Assembly (NCBI GenBank): GCA_964464055.1
Contig: CAYXEO010000002.1
Location: forward strand, 22,145 to 86,144
Direction of reading: 5' to 3'
Length of the DNA: 64,000 nucleotides
Origin: an uncultured Methanosarcinales archaeon
GTDB taxonomy: Archaea; Nanobdellota; Nanobdellia; Woesearchaeales; GW2011-AR9
Under the pieces are notes generated by a model. The model was not told the origin of the DNA. It did no database searches and saw nothing but the letters and a program-made list of their open reading frames with translations. Shown here piece by piece: positions 19,417 through 29,958 of this stretch (its first letter is position 1; each line of letters begins with the position of its first letter). The translations under genes and the position numbers were made by a program.

Positions 19417-22125
19417 ATGATAAAAAAAATTGTTGAAAAATTTCAAAAAGTGAATGAAAAGTTAAGTAATTCTCTTGAAGAACTTAAAACTGCTGCTAAC
19501 GCACCATTATCTTCTAAACATGTTTATTCTTTTGAAGAAGGTAACAGAAGCATGAAAACAGTTTTAGGTGGGAAAGGAGCAAACTTGGCTGAAATGAGTA
19601 ATTTAGGTATTCCAGTACCTCCTGGGTTTACGATTACCACTGATGTGTGTGATGTTTACTATCGTAACAACCAAACTTATCCACAAGATGTCCTTGATCA
19701 AATGGAAGATAAACTTGTTGAACTTGAAAATAAAATGGGCAAGAAATTGGGTGATGCAAATGATCCTTTACTAGTCTCTATCAGATCCGGTGCAGCGGTA
19801 TCTTTACCAGGAATGATGGACACAGTGCTGAATTTGGGTCTTAACGATGTTTCCGTAGAAGGTATGGCACAGAAACTTAACAATGAAAGATTTGCTTACG
19901 ACTCTTATCGAAGATTTTTACAGATGTATGGTGATGTAGTATTAAATGTTCCTCATCATGAATTTGAAAAACTTCTTACTCAGATTAAAAAAGATAAAAA
20001 AGTAGAAATTGATAATGATTTAACTGCTAACGATTTGAAAGAATTAGTTAAACAATACAAAACTTTAATCAAAGACACCATCGGGAAAGATTTTCCACAA
20101 GATGCACGTGAACAATTAAAATTGTCTATTAATGCAGTATTTGATTCTTGGAACAATGATCGGGCAATACTTTACCGAAAACTAAATGATATTAAAGGAC
20201 TGAAAGGAACTGCGGTAAATGTTCAAACTATGGTTTTTGGTAACATGGGCGAAACTTCTGGGACTGGTGTTTGTTTTTCACGTGATCCCGCAACAGGAGA
20301 AAACATTTTTTATGGTGAATACTTAATGGACGCACAGGGTGAAGACGTTGTGGCAGGTATTCGAACTCCGAAACAGATTGCAACTTTAGAAGAACAGAAC
20401 CCTGAAGTTTACAAAGAGTTAATTGGGATTAAAGACAATTTAGAAAAACATTTCAAAGATATGCAGGATATGGAGTTTACTATTCAAGAAGGTAAATTGT
20501 ACATTTTACAAACTCGGAGCGGTAAAAGAACTGCTGCCGCTGCTGTCAAATGTGCAGTTGAAATGTTGGACGAAGGTATGATTGACGAAAAAACTGCCTT
20601 AATGCGAGTTGAACCTGACCAATTAAACCAATTATTACATCCACAACTTGATCCGCAAGGAAAAGAGAAAGCTACAGTTTTAACTACTGGTTTACCAGCA
20701 TCACCTGGTGCAGCTGTGGGAGAAATTGTTTTTGATGCAAAGAAAGCTGATGAACTAAATTCTGAAGGAAAAAAAGTTATGTTAGTAAGAACAGAAACAT
20801 CACCGGAAGATTTGATTGGTATGAACGCTGCACAAGGAATTTTAACTTCTCGTGGTGGAATGACTTCACACGCAGCAGTTGTTGCTCGAGGGATGGGGAA
20901 ATGTTGTGTTGCTGGTGCTAATGAAGTTGTGGTTGACGAAATTGCTGGAACTTGTACTATTAACGGCCAAGAATTCAAAGAAGGAGATTTTATTTCTTTA
21001 GATGGGACAACCGGTCAAGTGTTTGAAGGAAAATTAAAAACAACAGATCCAGAGTTGTCTGGTGACTTTGCTAAACTGATGACTTTGGCTGACAAGTATA
21101 GAAAAATGAATGTAAGAACTAACGCCGAAACACCGCGTGATGCAAAAATGGCTATCAAGTTTGGTGCCGAAGGTATCGGTCTTTGTCGTACTGAGCACAT
21201 GTTTTTTGAAGGTGACAGAATAAATATTATGCGAGAAATGATTTTGGCTAAAGATGAAACTGGAAGAAAAGAAGCATTGTCTAGACTTTTACCAATTCAA
21301 CAAAAAGACTTTAAAGAAATTTTTGAAATCATGGGTGAATTACCAGTGACTGTTCGGTTACTAGATCCTCCTTTACACGAATTTCTTCCACAAAGTAAGG
21401 AAGATATCAAAAAGATTGCTAAAAAAGTTGGAGTTACAATTAAAGAACTGGAACAGAAAATTGAATCTTTGCATGAACAGAACCCGATGCTAGGTCATCG
21501 TGGTTGCCGGTTAGCGATTAGTTATCCAGAAATTGCAGTAATGCAAACTGAAGCAATAATTAAAGCTGCGATTGAAATTAAACAGTCCGGTAAAAATTTG
21601 TCCCCAGAAATCATGGTACCTTTAGTTGGTAATGTGAGGGAGTTAAGTTTTGTTAAGAAGCTAATCAAACAAAAAGCGCAAGAACTTATCTCGGAAGCAA
21701 ACATTGATTTGAAATACATGGTCGGAACAATGATTGAAGTGCCACGAGCAGCAGTTACTGCTAACCAAGTTGCTAAAGAAGCAGAATTTTTTTCTTTCGG
21801 TACTAACGATTTGACACAAATGACGATGGGTTTTTCCAGAGATGATGTTGGTAGTTTTGTACCTGAATACATTGGTGAAAACATTTTAGAAAAAGATCCT
21901 TTCGCAGTACTTGATCAGACAGGTGTAGGAATGTTGATGAGAGTAGCAATTAAGAAAGGTAAATCTGTCCGACCAGATATCAAGTTGGGAATCTGTGGTG
22001 AACATGGTGGAGAACCTTCTTCAGTAGAGTTCTGCCACAGAATTGGACTTAATTATGTTAGTTGTAGTCCGTTCCGAGTACCTATTGCGAGATTGGCAGC
22101 AGCTCAAGCAGTACTAAAATATTAA
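19417..22125 (+). CDS. ppdK: pyruvate, phosphate dikinase
   Basis: ATP-grasp N-domain, phospho-His domain (GGMTSHAAVVARGMGKCCV), PEP-utilising TIM barrel (NDLTQMTMGFSRDD), 902 aa. Confidence 0.9.
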   Translation: MIKKIVEKFQKVNEKLSNSLEELKTAANAPLSSKHVYSFEEGNRSMKTVLGGKGANLAEMSNLGIPVPPGFTITTDVCDVYYRNNQTYPQDVLDQMEDKLVELENKMGKKLGDANDPLLVSIRSGAAVSLPGMMDTVLNLGLNDVSVEGMAQKLNNERFAYDSYRRFLQMYGDVVLNVPHHEFEKLLTQIKKDKKVEIDNDLTANDLKELVKQYKTLIKDTIGKDFPQDAREQLKLSINAVFDSWNNDRAILYRKLNDIKGLKGTAVNVQTMVFGNMGETSGTGVCFSRDPATGENIFYGEYLMDAQGEDVVAGIRTPKQIATLEEQNPEVYKELIGIKDNLEKHFKDMQDMEFTIQEGKLYILQTRSGKRTAAAAVKCAVEMLDEGMIDEKTALMRVEPDQLNQLLHPQLDPQGKEKATVLTTGLPASPGAAVGEIVFDAKKADELNSEGKKVMLVRTETSPEDLIGMNAAQGILTSRGGMTSHAAVVARGMGKCCVAGANEVVVDEIAGTCTINGQEFKEGDFISLDGTTGQVFEGKLKTTDPELSGDFAKLMTLADKYRKMNVRTNAETPRDAKMAIKFGAEGIGLCRTEHMFFEGDRINIMREMILAKDETGRKEALSRLLPIQQKDFKEIFEIMGELPVTVRLLDPPLHEFLPQSKEDIKKIAKKVGVTIKELEQKIESLHEQNPMLGHRGCRLAISYPEIAVMQTEAIIKAAIEIKQSGKNLSPEIMVPLVGNVRELSFVKKLIKQKAQELISEANIDLKYMVGTMIEVPRAAVTANQVAKEAEFFSFGTNDLTQMTMGFSRDDVGSFVPEYIGENILEKDPFAVLDQTGVGMLMRVAIKKGKSVRPDIKLGICGEHGGEPSSVEFCHRIGLNYVSCSPFRVPIARLAAAQAVLKY

Positions 22126-22199
22126 AACTTTTTTTTATTTCTTTTTTTAATGACTTAATTCTAGAATTAGTAAATTGTAAAGCAATAAATAAAAAATAA

Positions 22200-22715
22200 T
22201 TATTTGATTTTGTTCTTGACAGCTTTATCACTGATGATTGCACTGTGACCAGTTTTGTCTTCGATAATGATTTTTAATTTTTCTCTACCAACCAAAACCT
22301 TACCCAATTTCTTGATTATGTTTTTAGCTTTCTTTTTAGCAGCAGGGTCATCTTCTGATTCAGCAGTAGATTCAATTATTTTTTTTACTTTCTCTATCAA
22401 ACCTTCCACGTTAGTTACATAACCTTCGGAAGCTGGTCCAGGAGACATAGTAATAATATGTGGGATTTTAACTGTTGCTTCACCACCTTTAACAATTTTA
22501 ATGTTCAAATCATTGTCTGATTCAACTTCTAAAGTGTATTTACAAGGTTCTTTTTTCTCTGCTGGTTCTACATCAGAAACTCTATAACCGCAAGCGCTAC
22601 AATCCATTGAAAGAATAAATACTCTACCAAAATAAGGTATTTCTACTTCTTCTTCTCTTAAAGTCAGTTGGTTTTCACCACACATTTGACACATTTGTCC
22701 TTTAACTTCTGCCAT
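22200..22715 (-). CDS. ZPR1-type zinc-finger protein (archaeal COG1779-like)
   Basis: CQMCGE...EIPYFGRVFILSMDCSACGYRVSDVEP matches the ZPR1 Zn-finger (C-x2-C ... IPyF ... C-x2-CGy). A beta-rich A-domain follows. Confidence 0.65.
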   Translation of the reverse strand: MAEVKGQMCQMCGENQLTLREEEVEIPYFGRVFILSMDCSACGYRVSDVEPAEKKEPCKYTLEVESDNDLNIKIVKGGEATVKIPHIITMSPGPASEGYVTNVEGLIEKVKKIIESTAESEDDPAAKKKAKNIIKKLGKVLVGREKLKIIIEDKTGHSAIISDKAVKNKIK

Positions 22716-22970
22716 ACGCTGGAAAAAGAGAAGTTGCTTTAAAAAGATTTTGTTTTGTCATAAGTGAATTGTTGGCAACATAAAGTATTATTTCTTTTGT
22801 CCAAACTTTAATATATCTCTTAAAAAAACATAAAAAGTTAGATTGAAAAAGAGATATGTGCTTTAATTTTCAATAAAACATCCCTATCTAACTATTTATG
22901 TTCGTTTTGTACTCTTTTTGGAAACAAAACCTTTTTAAAAGAGCGAACTTCTTTTTATTCTAGTTGCATG

Positions 22971-23097
22971 GCGATGTAGCTTAACCTGGTCATAGCGCCA
23001 CGCTCATAAACATGAGCTATGAGACATTTTCGTCGATGACAAAAATTGGCTTATTGGGTTACGTGGAGGTTGGGGGCTCAAATCCCCCCATCGCCAT
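22971..23097 (+). tRNA. tRNA-Met/Ile2 (anticodon CAT) with a ~52-nt intron after position 37
   Basis: Acceptor GGCGATG/CATCGCC with discriminator A. Anticodon stem CCACG/CGTGG with loop CTCATAA. T-arm GGGGG-CTCAAAT-CCCCC. Intron ~23010-23061 pairs ATGAG with the loop CTCAT (relaxed BHB). Confidence 0.8.
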
Positions 23098-23187
23098 ACT
23101 TTTTCACGTCAATGTAGTACCGAAGTATAAATTCAAAAACAAATTTTATATTTGTCTGTCACTTATGATTTTCGTGAATAACTATTG

Positions 23188-23271
23188 CCAACGTGGCACA
23201 ATCTGGTACTGCGCAAGCCTGGAAAGCTTGTTTCCTTTTGGATATCCCGGTTCAAATCCGGGCGTTGGCGC
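23188..23271 (+). tRNA. tRNA-Ser (anticodon GGA), long variable arm, no intron
   Basis: Acceptor GCCAACG/CGTTGGC with discriminator G. Anticodon stem CAAGC/GCTTG with loop CTGGAAA. Variable arm TCC-TTTT-GGA. T-arm CCCGG-TTCAAAT-CCGGG. Confidence 0.85.
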
Positions 23272-23334
23272 TCTTTTTTTCTTAATTTTTAATCAGAGGG
23301 TTGATAAGGGCAGACTGCCCTTATGTGAGGAGCC

Positions 23335-23356
23335 CGGGCGTTGGCGCTTTTTTTCA
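23335..23356 (+). repeat. duplicate of the tRNA-Ser 3' end (ccgggcgttggcgct plus T-run), 61 nt downstream of the gene
   Basis: An exact 15-nt copy of 23259-23273 followed by a T7 run. It is preceded by the hairpin GGGCAGACTGCCC. Confidence 0.7.
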
Positions 23357-23454
23357 TTTAATATTTAATTAGAAAATATTTGGTGTTATTACTTTTTTCC
23401 TCCTCCTTATAAACAACACTTTTATATATCATAAAAGTTTCTTTTTATTTGTAA

Positions 23455-26400
23455 ATGTATTATAAAAAGAAAGGTGAATTAGTTAGTTTAGTAATTATTA
23501 CGTTTTTAATTTTGGTAAGTGGTATTTTGTTCTGGCAACATGATAGTATTAGTGGTGCAATAACTATAATAAATCCCTCATTGGAATTAGAACCACAAAC
23601 CGTTAATGGCACTTTTGGAACAGGGATTGGTTTAGATGCTGAAGAATTAGTTACTGAAATTAATCATGTTGGCCTTGCTTTGGTTGAAGATGATGGTGAA
23701 GATGATTTTAGTACACAAAATATTGGCGATGGGCTTTTTACCGGAGTGATTAATTTGTCTAATGCAGATGCACAATTTAATGGTGTTTTTGCAAGCGATA
23801 ATGCCGGTAATGCAATAACTTTTGCCGATTTAAATAATGATGGTTTTGCAGATTTTGTAATTGGTGCTACCGGTGCAACCGCTAATGGTAATTCTGCAGC
23901 AGGAAAAGTTTATGTGGTTTATGGCCCGGCAAACGAAGAATTAAATTTGTCTGACGCAGATATTGTTTTGAACGGTGTTGCTGAAGATGTTCAAGCGGGG
24001 AATGCTTTATCTTCAGGAGATTTTAATAATGATGGTATTGATGATTTGTTAATTGGTGCGGAGAGTGCCAATACCGCAAACAAGGGAGAGTCCTATATTA
24101 TTTTTGGTTCATTAAGTTTGGCACAAGAAATTAATTTGTCTGATGCAAATGTGACTTTTGAAGGGATAGATCACCAAGATAGATCTGGGTCTGCCGTGTC
24201 TTCAGGAGACATTAATTGTGATGGTATCGAAGACATTTTAATAGGTGCACCTTATGCAACGGGTGGTGCATCTTATTCAGGTGAAATGTATGTTGTCTAT
24301 GGGTCTTCAATTTTGTCTGGGACAATTGATTTGGTAGATGCAAATGTGACTTTTTTTTCAGATTCTTCATCTGGTTTTTTAACAAATAGAAGAGGAATTA
24401 CAACTGGAGACATGAATAATGACGGGTTTGATGACATTTATGTTGTTGGAACGAATAATAATGGTGATGGGTATTTTATTTATAATAATTGTTCTTTAAG
24501 TTCTTCTATCAATTTAACTGTTGATGTTAATTTTACCATGGGTGGAGTTGGTGAACGAGCAATAGTTATGGGTGATATAAATAATGATGGGTATTTGGAT
24601 TTGATTGGTGGAGATTATGAATTTAATAATGGTACGGTCAATATTTTTTTAGGTTCTGCTGATTTAAGCGGTTCAAAATATTTATCGCAAGACAATATTA
24701 CCATCGAAGGATTAAATTCAGAACAGTTTGGTTATGATGTTGCAGTAGGAGATTATAATGGTGATGATATTATTGATTTATTCGTAAGTGCAAATTATGA
24801 AGATACTAATGGTAACATTGATTCGGGAGCATTACACATTTTTTATGGACCTATTGTTAATGGTACAAACATTTATTCTAATCAGTCAAATGTTACTTTT
24901 AATGGTGTTTCTGCAAGTGATTATGCAGGGGCACTAATTGTTAATGATTTTAACAACGATAATTCCGCAGACATTTTAATTGGTGCTTATTGTGCAGACC
25001 CAAATGGGAATTCGCAAGCAGGGGAAGTTTATTTAGTAAATGGATTGATCACATGTAATTATATCAATTTCAACACTACACTTAATCAAGACATCTCTGC
25101 TAATGGTGAATGTTTCATTATTAATGCATCCAACATTTACCTTGACGGAAACGGGCATATTATAACCGGAAATGGGTCAGGTGTGGGGATCAATTTAACC
25201 AATGTGGAAAATGTTACTATTCGGAATTTTAATGTACTAAATTTTAGTGAGGGGATTTATTTTGACAATTCTGCTAATAACAATAATTTCACAGATGGTG
25301 TTGTGGGCGATAATGCTAATTTAGATATTAACATTACTAACAATGGTGGTTCAAACAACATTTTTGCTAATGTTACTTTTGATAAAACAAGTACTTCAAT
25401 TGGAACTAGTAGTTCTATTTTTGTCAAATGGTATACTGATGTTTACATTAATGATACTTCTGGAAACCCATTGGTTTCAGTTAATGTTACTGGTTATAAT
25501 TTAACTAATGATTTGGAACAAAGTCAATCAACAGATGTAAATGGGGAGGCAAGATTATCTTTGATAGAATATTATCAAGATAATTCTGGTAAAACTTATC
25601 ACACAAATCATACTATTAACGTAAGTAAATCTCTTTATAGTCAAAGTTCACAACAAATAAATTTAACAGAAACTAATAATACGCAATTGACTTACACTTT
25701 AGAAGTGGGTTGCGGCGAGATTGGCGAAGACATTACTTTTTCTCCAACAACATTTAATATTAACGGTTCTTGTTTTACTATTGGTGCGGATAACCTTGTA
25801 ATTGATGGTGCTGGATTAACTATACTTGGTAACACTTCCGGAGCAGGTATTAACATAACCGGGTACAACAATATTACATTTACTAACTTTGATATTCAAA
25901 ATTTTAGTAATGGTATTTATCTTGGTGCAACAAACAATACTTATTTTTATAATTCTGAAATCGGTGCGTCCCATATTAAAGACGTTTTTGTAAATGATAA
26001 CGCAGGCGTCAATAATACTTTTGTTAATGTCACTTTTGACAGAGATAAAACACAGATTGGAACAGACAGTGACATTTTTGTTAAATGGTATGTTGACATT
26101 TTAGTGATGAATAATGGTTTTATAGTTTCTGATGCAAATGTTTCTGCATACAATTCTTCCACAGAATTAGAAGTTAGTCAACTGACAAATGCAACTGGAC
26201 AAATTCAATTCACTTTATTAGATTTCACTGAAACTAGTACCGGGAAAATTCACTCCACCCCCCATAATATAACTGTAAATAAAACTGGCTATAATTTACA
26301 AAGTTGGGAAGTTAATTTGACACAAACAAATAGCACCTTTCATCAATTTGATATTTCTGGTGATTTATCTTGTGGCACAATAAGTTCAAGTATCCTTTTA

Positions 26401-29400
26401 CAAAACCAAACCATTTATCAAAATGGTACTTGCTTTACTATTGGGGCAGATAATATTATTATTCACGGAGGCGGCACCACTTTAATTGGTAACGGAACAG
26501 GAAATGGTTTTCATTTTGCTGAGAGAACTAATGTAACTTTAACAAATTTTAATATTGTCAATTTTTCAAACGGTCTTTATTCTAATGGATCTGACGATTG
26601 TACGTTTAGTTCTTTAACTTTTAACAATAATAGCGTAGCAATGAATTGGTACAATTCTTCAAGTAATAATTTTGAGAATGGAACTATAACAAATAGTACA
26701 GAATTCGATTTAACTTTAGCTGTTGGAACAGACAATTATTTCACTAATATTACTTTTAATAACACTCATTTAAATATTTCAGAAGACGGTCATTTTACCA
26801 CTAGGTGGTTTTTGGATTTTGAAGTAACAGATGTTTCAGACGCAGTTTTAGAAGATGTGAAAATAACTTTGTTTAATGCTGAAAATGAAACTGTTGATGT
26901 GGTGACATCTTCTGCCACAGGAATTGCACAAATGATAATTTCTGAATTTTTCATTGATGAATTAGGTTACATTTATTTGCCGCCTTACCATTTGACAATC
27001 TCAAAAGCTGGTTATATCCCTGAAACTTACTCTCCTCTTGACATTTATGAAGAAAACCAAGAATTAGATTTTTCTTTAACAGAAATTTCTTGTGGGACAA
27101 CTTTAACAACAGACATTGTTTTAACGGAAAATCTTCAATCTTCTGGTACTTGTTTTGTTATTGGTGCGGATAATTTAACAATTGATGGTGCTGGTTATTC
27201 AATTAATGGTACTCTTTCAAATGACGGTATTCGTTCTATTGATCACACTGGTTTAACAATTACAAATTTGACTATAACGAATATGGGGCAAGGAATTAAT
27301 TTGGTCGGAACTAATACGAGTACTGTAAGAGATGTTAATTGTTCGGGTAATGATTATGGGTTAATATTAATTAATTCGTCAGATAATGCTATTTATGATT
27401 CTTTATTTTCAAACAATAATCATAATGATATTTATGTTAATAGTGAATTAGAAACTAACAATTTCTTAATTAATGATTCTTTTGCTCCTGCTGAAATAAA
27501 TGTCACCGGTAATGCAAATATTTTTCAAAAATGGTATTTAGAAGTAAATGTTGTTTTTGGAGATGAAGATTACAATTTACCTTTAGCAAATGTAACTGCT
27601 TATTTTAATTCAACAGGGTTGACAGATGAAAGTAGATTAACTAATACTAATGGCTTAGTCAATTTGGAAATAACAGAAACAAAAATAAATTCTTCGACCA
27701 CAACCTATTTTCCACCACATAATTTAACTGTTTTTTATAATCATTCTGCTATTGGGCAAGTGTCAAATTCAACAGTAATCAATATCTCAGAAACTAATAA
27801 TACTGAAGTAGAATTATGGCTAGATATAACTTGTACGCCTCCAGCAGACAATTTAGAAATAACTTCTAATACTAATCTTTGCCCAGGTGTTTGGGAACTT
27901 GTGGATGGTGGTAGTTACGGGGTAATTAAGATCGCATCTACCGCTAATGTAACCTGTATAGATACAGTTTTAGTTGGTGATGGTTCAGGGCGTGCATTTG
28001 TGGTTAGAAATGCAGAGGATGTCCAGATAAATGGGTGTACCTTACAAGATTATTTAATAGGTGTATCTCCAGATAATATGGAAATTAATGGGTTAGTGGT
28101 TAATGATATTAGTATGTCAAATGTGGATATTGGTATTTCAACAAGTAATTTAGGTGAATCATTTACTCTTTCAAATTTTGCAATTGAATTAACTGAGAGT
28201 GGTTATGGTGTTGGTTCTCAGTTAGATACTGATTCAAATCATTTAATTGAAAATGGTACGTTCTCTGGCGGTGAAAAAGGTATCTTTTTTAGTGGTGGAA
28301 CGTGGAACAACGCACGAATACATAATGTTACTTTTATAGGCCAGGGGAAAACTGGATACGGAATTTACAAGGGAAAAGGTTCAAATAACAATATTACTAA
28401 TTGTACATTCCAAGATTATCGATATGGTGTTTATTGGTATTCCGGAAGTAATAACAACATTTATTACAACACTTTTGAAGATGTTCGAGAATATAATGTT
28501 TGGTCAGTAAGTTCTGGTAATGTATTTAACACTTCTGTAAATATAACGTATGTGAACGAGTCAGGGAATTTAACAAATGCAACTGTTGCATGGGGGAATT
28601 CGTGGGATGACTATTGTGAGTTAGATTTAGAAGATACTAATAACGATGATTATGCAGATAGTGGAGATGATTACCCTTATAGTCCATCAACCACTGATAA
28701 AGTTTTAGGTTATGTGACTGATTGGGGTCCTAAGGTTTTATCTTGTCCGTCCGAAACTCCCGAAGAAGCAAGAGAAGTAAGAGGGAGTAGCGGTTCTAAA
28801 GCAGAAACCACAGAAACCACTGAAGAAATACCAACAGAAACACCAGCGAAACAACCAACACTTAAAAAAGAAACACAAGTAGGACTAACTCCTGACGAAA
28901 TTTATTTGGCAGAAGATGTAAAAAAACATCTTAAAACAGAAGCAACTACTACAACTACTGAACAAGGAACAACCCTTTTAGTAACTTTAGAAAATACTGG
29001 TACAAAATCTATGCAACTGTTCCCAGAAATTTTCCAAGAAATTGACGACCCCTATTTTATTGTTACCAAGAAGACCTTGGGACATGAGAACTCCTTTTTT
29101 AGTAAACTTTCGCACCTTTCTTATTCCGAAAACTCTGTCGCTGGAAGATTATTGGAAGCAACCATAACTAACCCTGAACAAATCCTTCTTGCACCAGGGG
29201 AAACTGTCGAGAAAACGTTACAAATCAACGAAGGTCTGGCAATCCCTAGACAATTAAAAATCCAATTTACAACTTTCGGTGAAACCGTTTATGAGAAAGA
29301 AATTGAAATTGAACAGAAAGCACTTTCAGGTACTGCGGTTGATTTGGATGTTGAAAATAATTTGTTAGACATTTATGCAGTTATTGTCCCTGCCCAAATT

Positions 29401-29784
29401 TCACAACAGTTCGAAGAATATTATGCTAAACAAACAAATAAATTAACAGGTGCGGCAGTTTATGACAAGTTACAAAATCGTAATGAATACAAACTAGAGT
29501 TAAGTTTAGTAAAAATCGTCCCAGATGAAAATAAACCGTCTCAGAACAATTTACCCGGTAAATATCAATTAATTCAAAAAATTGCTAAATCCTTTTCACA
29601 AGAGAAACCTAATTTTAATGATTTATATGGGCCTTACTTTATTAAAAAAGATCAAAGTTTGATTTTTGCTCAGCAACTGAAATATAATCCAGCGACTTAC
29701 AATAGTGATTATTTAATTAAAACTAAAATTTTCTTGGATGATACCCCAATAGTAGAGAATGAATTCGAGATTGAGATGAAGTAG
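23455..29784 (+). CDS. giant extracellular protein (2109 aa): FG-GAP/integrin-alpha-like repeats plus right-handed parallel beta-helix repeats, heavily N-glycosylated
   Basis: N-terminal signal anchor. Seven or more FG-GAP-like DxNxDGxxD loops (DFNNDGIDDLLIGA, GDINCDGIEDILIGAP, GDMNNDGFDDIYVVG...). Repeated IxGxGxTIxG...NxxNITFTNFxI beta-helix units with dense NxT sequons. Confidence 0.8.
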   Translation: MYYKKKGELVSLVIITFLILVSGILFWQHDSISGAITIINPSLELEPQTVNGTFGTGIGLDAEELVTEINHVGLALVEDDGEDDFSTQNIGDGLFTGVINLSNADAQFNGVFASDNAGNAITFADLNNDGFADFVIGATGATANGNSAAGKVYVVYGPANEELNLSDADIVLNGVAEDVQAGNALSSGDFNNDGIDDLLIGAESANTANKGESYIIFGSLSLAQEINLSDANVTFEGIDHQDRSGSAVSSGDINCDGIEDILIGAPYATGGASYSGEMYVVYGSSILSGTIDLVDANVTFFSDSSSGFLTNRRGITTGDMNNDGFDDIYVVGTNNNGDGYFIYNNCSLSSSINLTVDVNFTMGGVGERAIVMGDINNDGYLDLIGGDYEFNNGTVNIFLGSADLSGSKYLSQDNITIEGLNSEQFGYDVAVGDYNGDDIIDLFVSANYEDTNGNIDSGALHIFYGPIVNGTNIYSNQSNVTFNGVSASDYAGALIVNDFNNDNSADILIGAYCADPNGNSQAGEVYLVNGLITCNYINFNTTLNQDISANGECFIINASNIYLDGNGHIITGNGSGVGINLTNVENVTIRNFNVLNFSEGIYFDNSANNNNFTDGVVGDNANLDINITNNGGSNNIFANVTFDKTSTSIGTSSSIFVKWYTDVYINDTSGNPLVSVNVTGYNLTNDLEQSQSTDVNGEARLSLIEYYQDNSGKTYHTNHTINVSKSLYSQSSQQINLTETNNTQLTYTLEVGCGEIGEDITFSPTTFNINGSCFTIGADNLVIDGAGLTILGNTSGAGINITGYNNITFTNFDIQNFSNGIYLGATNNTYFYNSEIGASHIKDVFVNDNAGVNNTFVNVTFDRDKTQIGTDSDIFVKWYVDILVMNNGFIVSDANVSAYNSSTELEVSQLTNATGQIQFTLLDFTETSTGKIHSTPHNITVNKTGYNLQSWEVNLTQTNSTFHQFDISGDLSCGTISSSILLQNQTIYQNGTCFTIGADNIIIHGGGTTLIGNGTGNGFHFAERTNVTLTNFNIVNFSNGLYSNGSDDCTFSSLTFNNNSVAMNWYNSSSNNFENGTITNSTEFDLTLAVGTDNYFTNITFNNTHLNISEDGHFTTRWFLDFEVTDVSDAVLEDVKITLFNAENETVDVVTSSATGIAQMIISEFFIDELGYIYLPPYHLTISKAGYIPETYSPLDIYEENQELDFSLTEISCGTTLTTDIVLTENLQSSGTCFVIGADNLTIDGAGYSINGTLSNDGIRSIDHTGLTITNLTITNMGQGINLVGTNTSTVRDVNCSGNDYGLILINSSDNAIYDSLFSNNNHNDIYVNSELETNNFLINDSFAPAEINVTGNANIFQKWYLEVNVVFGDEDYNLPLANVTAYFNSTGLTDESRLTNTNGLVNLEITETKINSSTTTYFPPHNLTVFYNHSAIGQVSNSTVINISETNNTEVELWLDITCTPPADNLEITSNTNLCPGVWELVDGGSYGVIKIASTANVTCIDTVLVGDGSGRAFVVRNAEDVQINGCTLQDYLIGVSPDNMEINGLVVNDISMSNVDIGISTSNLGESFTLSNFAIELTESGYGVGSQLDTDSNHLIENGTFSGGEKGIFFSGGTWNNARIHNVTFIGQGKTGYGIYKGKGSNNNITNCTFQDYRYGVYWYSGSNNNIYYNTFEDVREYNVWSVSSGNVFNTSVNITYVNESGNLTNATVAWGNSWDDYCELDLEDTNNDDYADSGDDYPYSPSTTDKVLGYVTDWGPKVLSCPSETPEEAREVRGSSGSKAETTETTEEIPTETPAKQPTLKKETQVGLTPDEIYLAEDVKKHLKTEATTTTTEQGTTLLVTLENTGTKSMQLFPEIFQEIDDPYFIVTKKTLGHENSFFSKLSHLSYSENSVAGRLLEATITNPEQILLAPGETVEKTLQINEGLAIPRQLKIQFTTFGETVYEKEIEIEQKALSGTAVDLDVENNLLDIYAVIVPAQISQQFEEYYAKQTNKLTGAAVYDKLQNRNEYKLELSLVKIVPDENKPSQNNLPGKYQLIQKIAKSFSQEKPNFNDLYGPYFIKKDQSLIFAQQLKYNPATYNSDYLIKTKIFLDDTPIVENEFEIEMK

Positions 29785-29958
29785 GAGAGAAAAAAATGTG
29801 TCAAGTTCACCTTATGGTTTTCACTTAACACATTTTTTAATAGAATTTGTTAGTTGGTTAGGCAAGAGATTATTAGAAAGATGTTGTTAACTCATACATA
29901 TAGAGAAAAGATACTTTTATATATTAAAAACAAATAACTATTTAGTGAGGTGAATTAA

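Noticed and set aside
20484-21884. Minus-strand ORFs inside ppdK (20484..20978, 21015..21200, 21522..21884)
   Set aside because: They are antisense to a well-supported 902-aa PPDK gene and have no independent evidence.
23012-23368. 118-aa ORF in the track
   Set aside because: It lies entirely across tRNA-Met(CAT), tRNA-Ser(GGA) and the tRNA-fragment repeat, so it is an artefact of reading through RNA genes.
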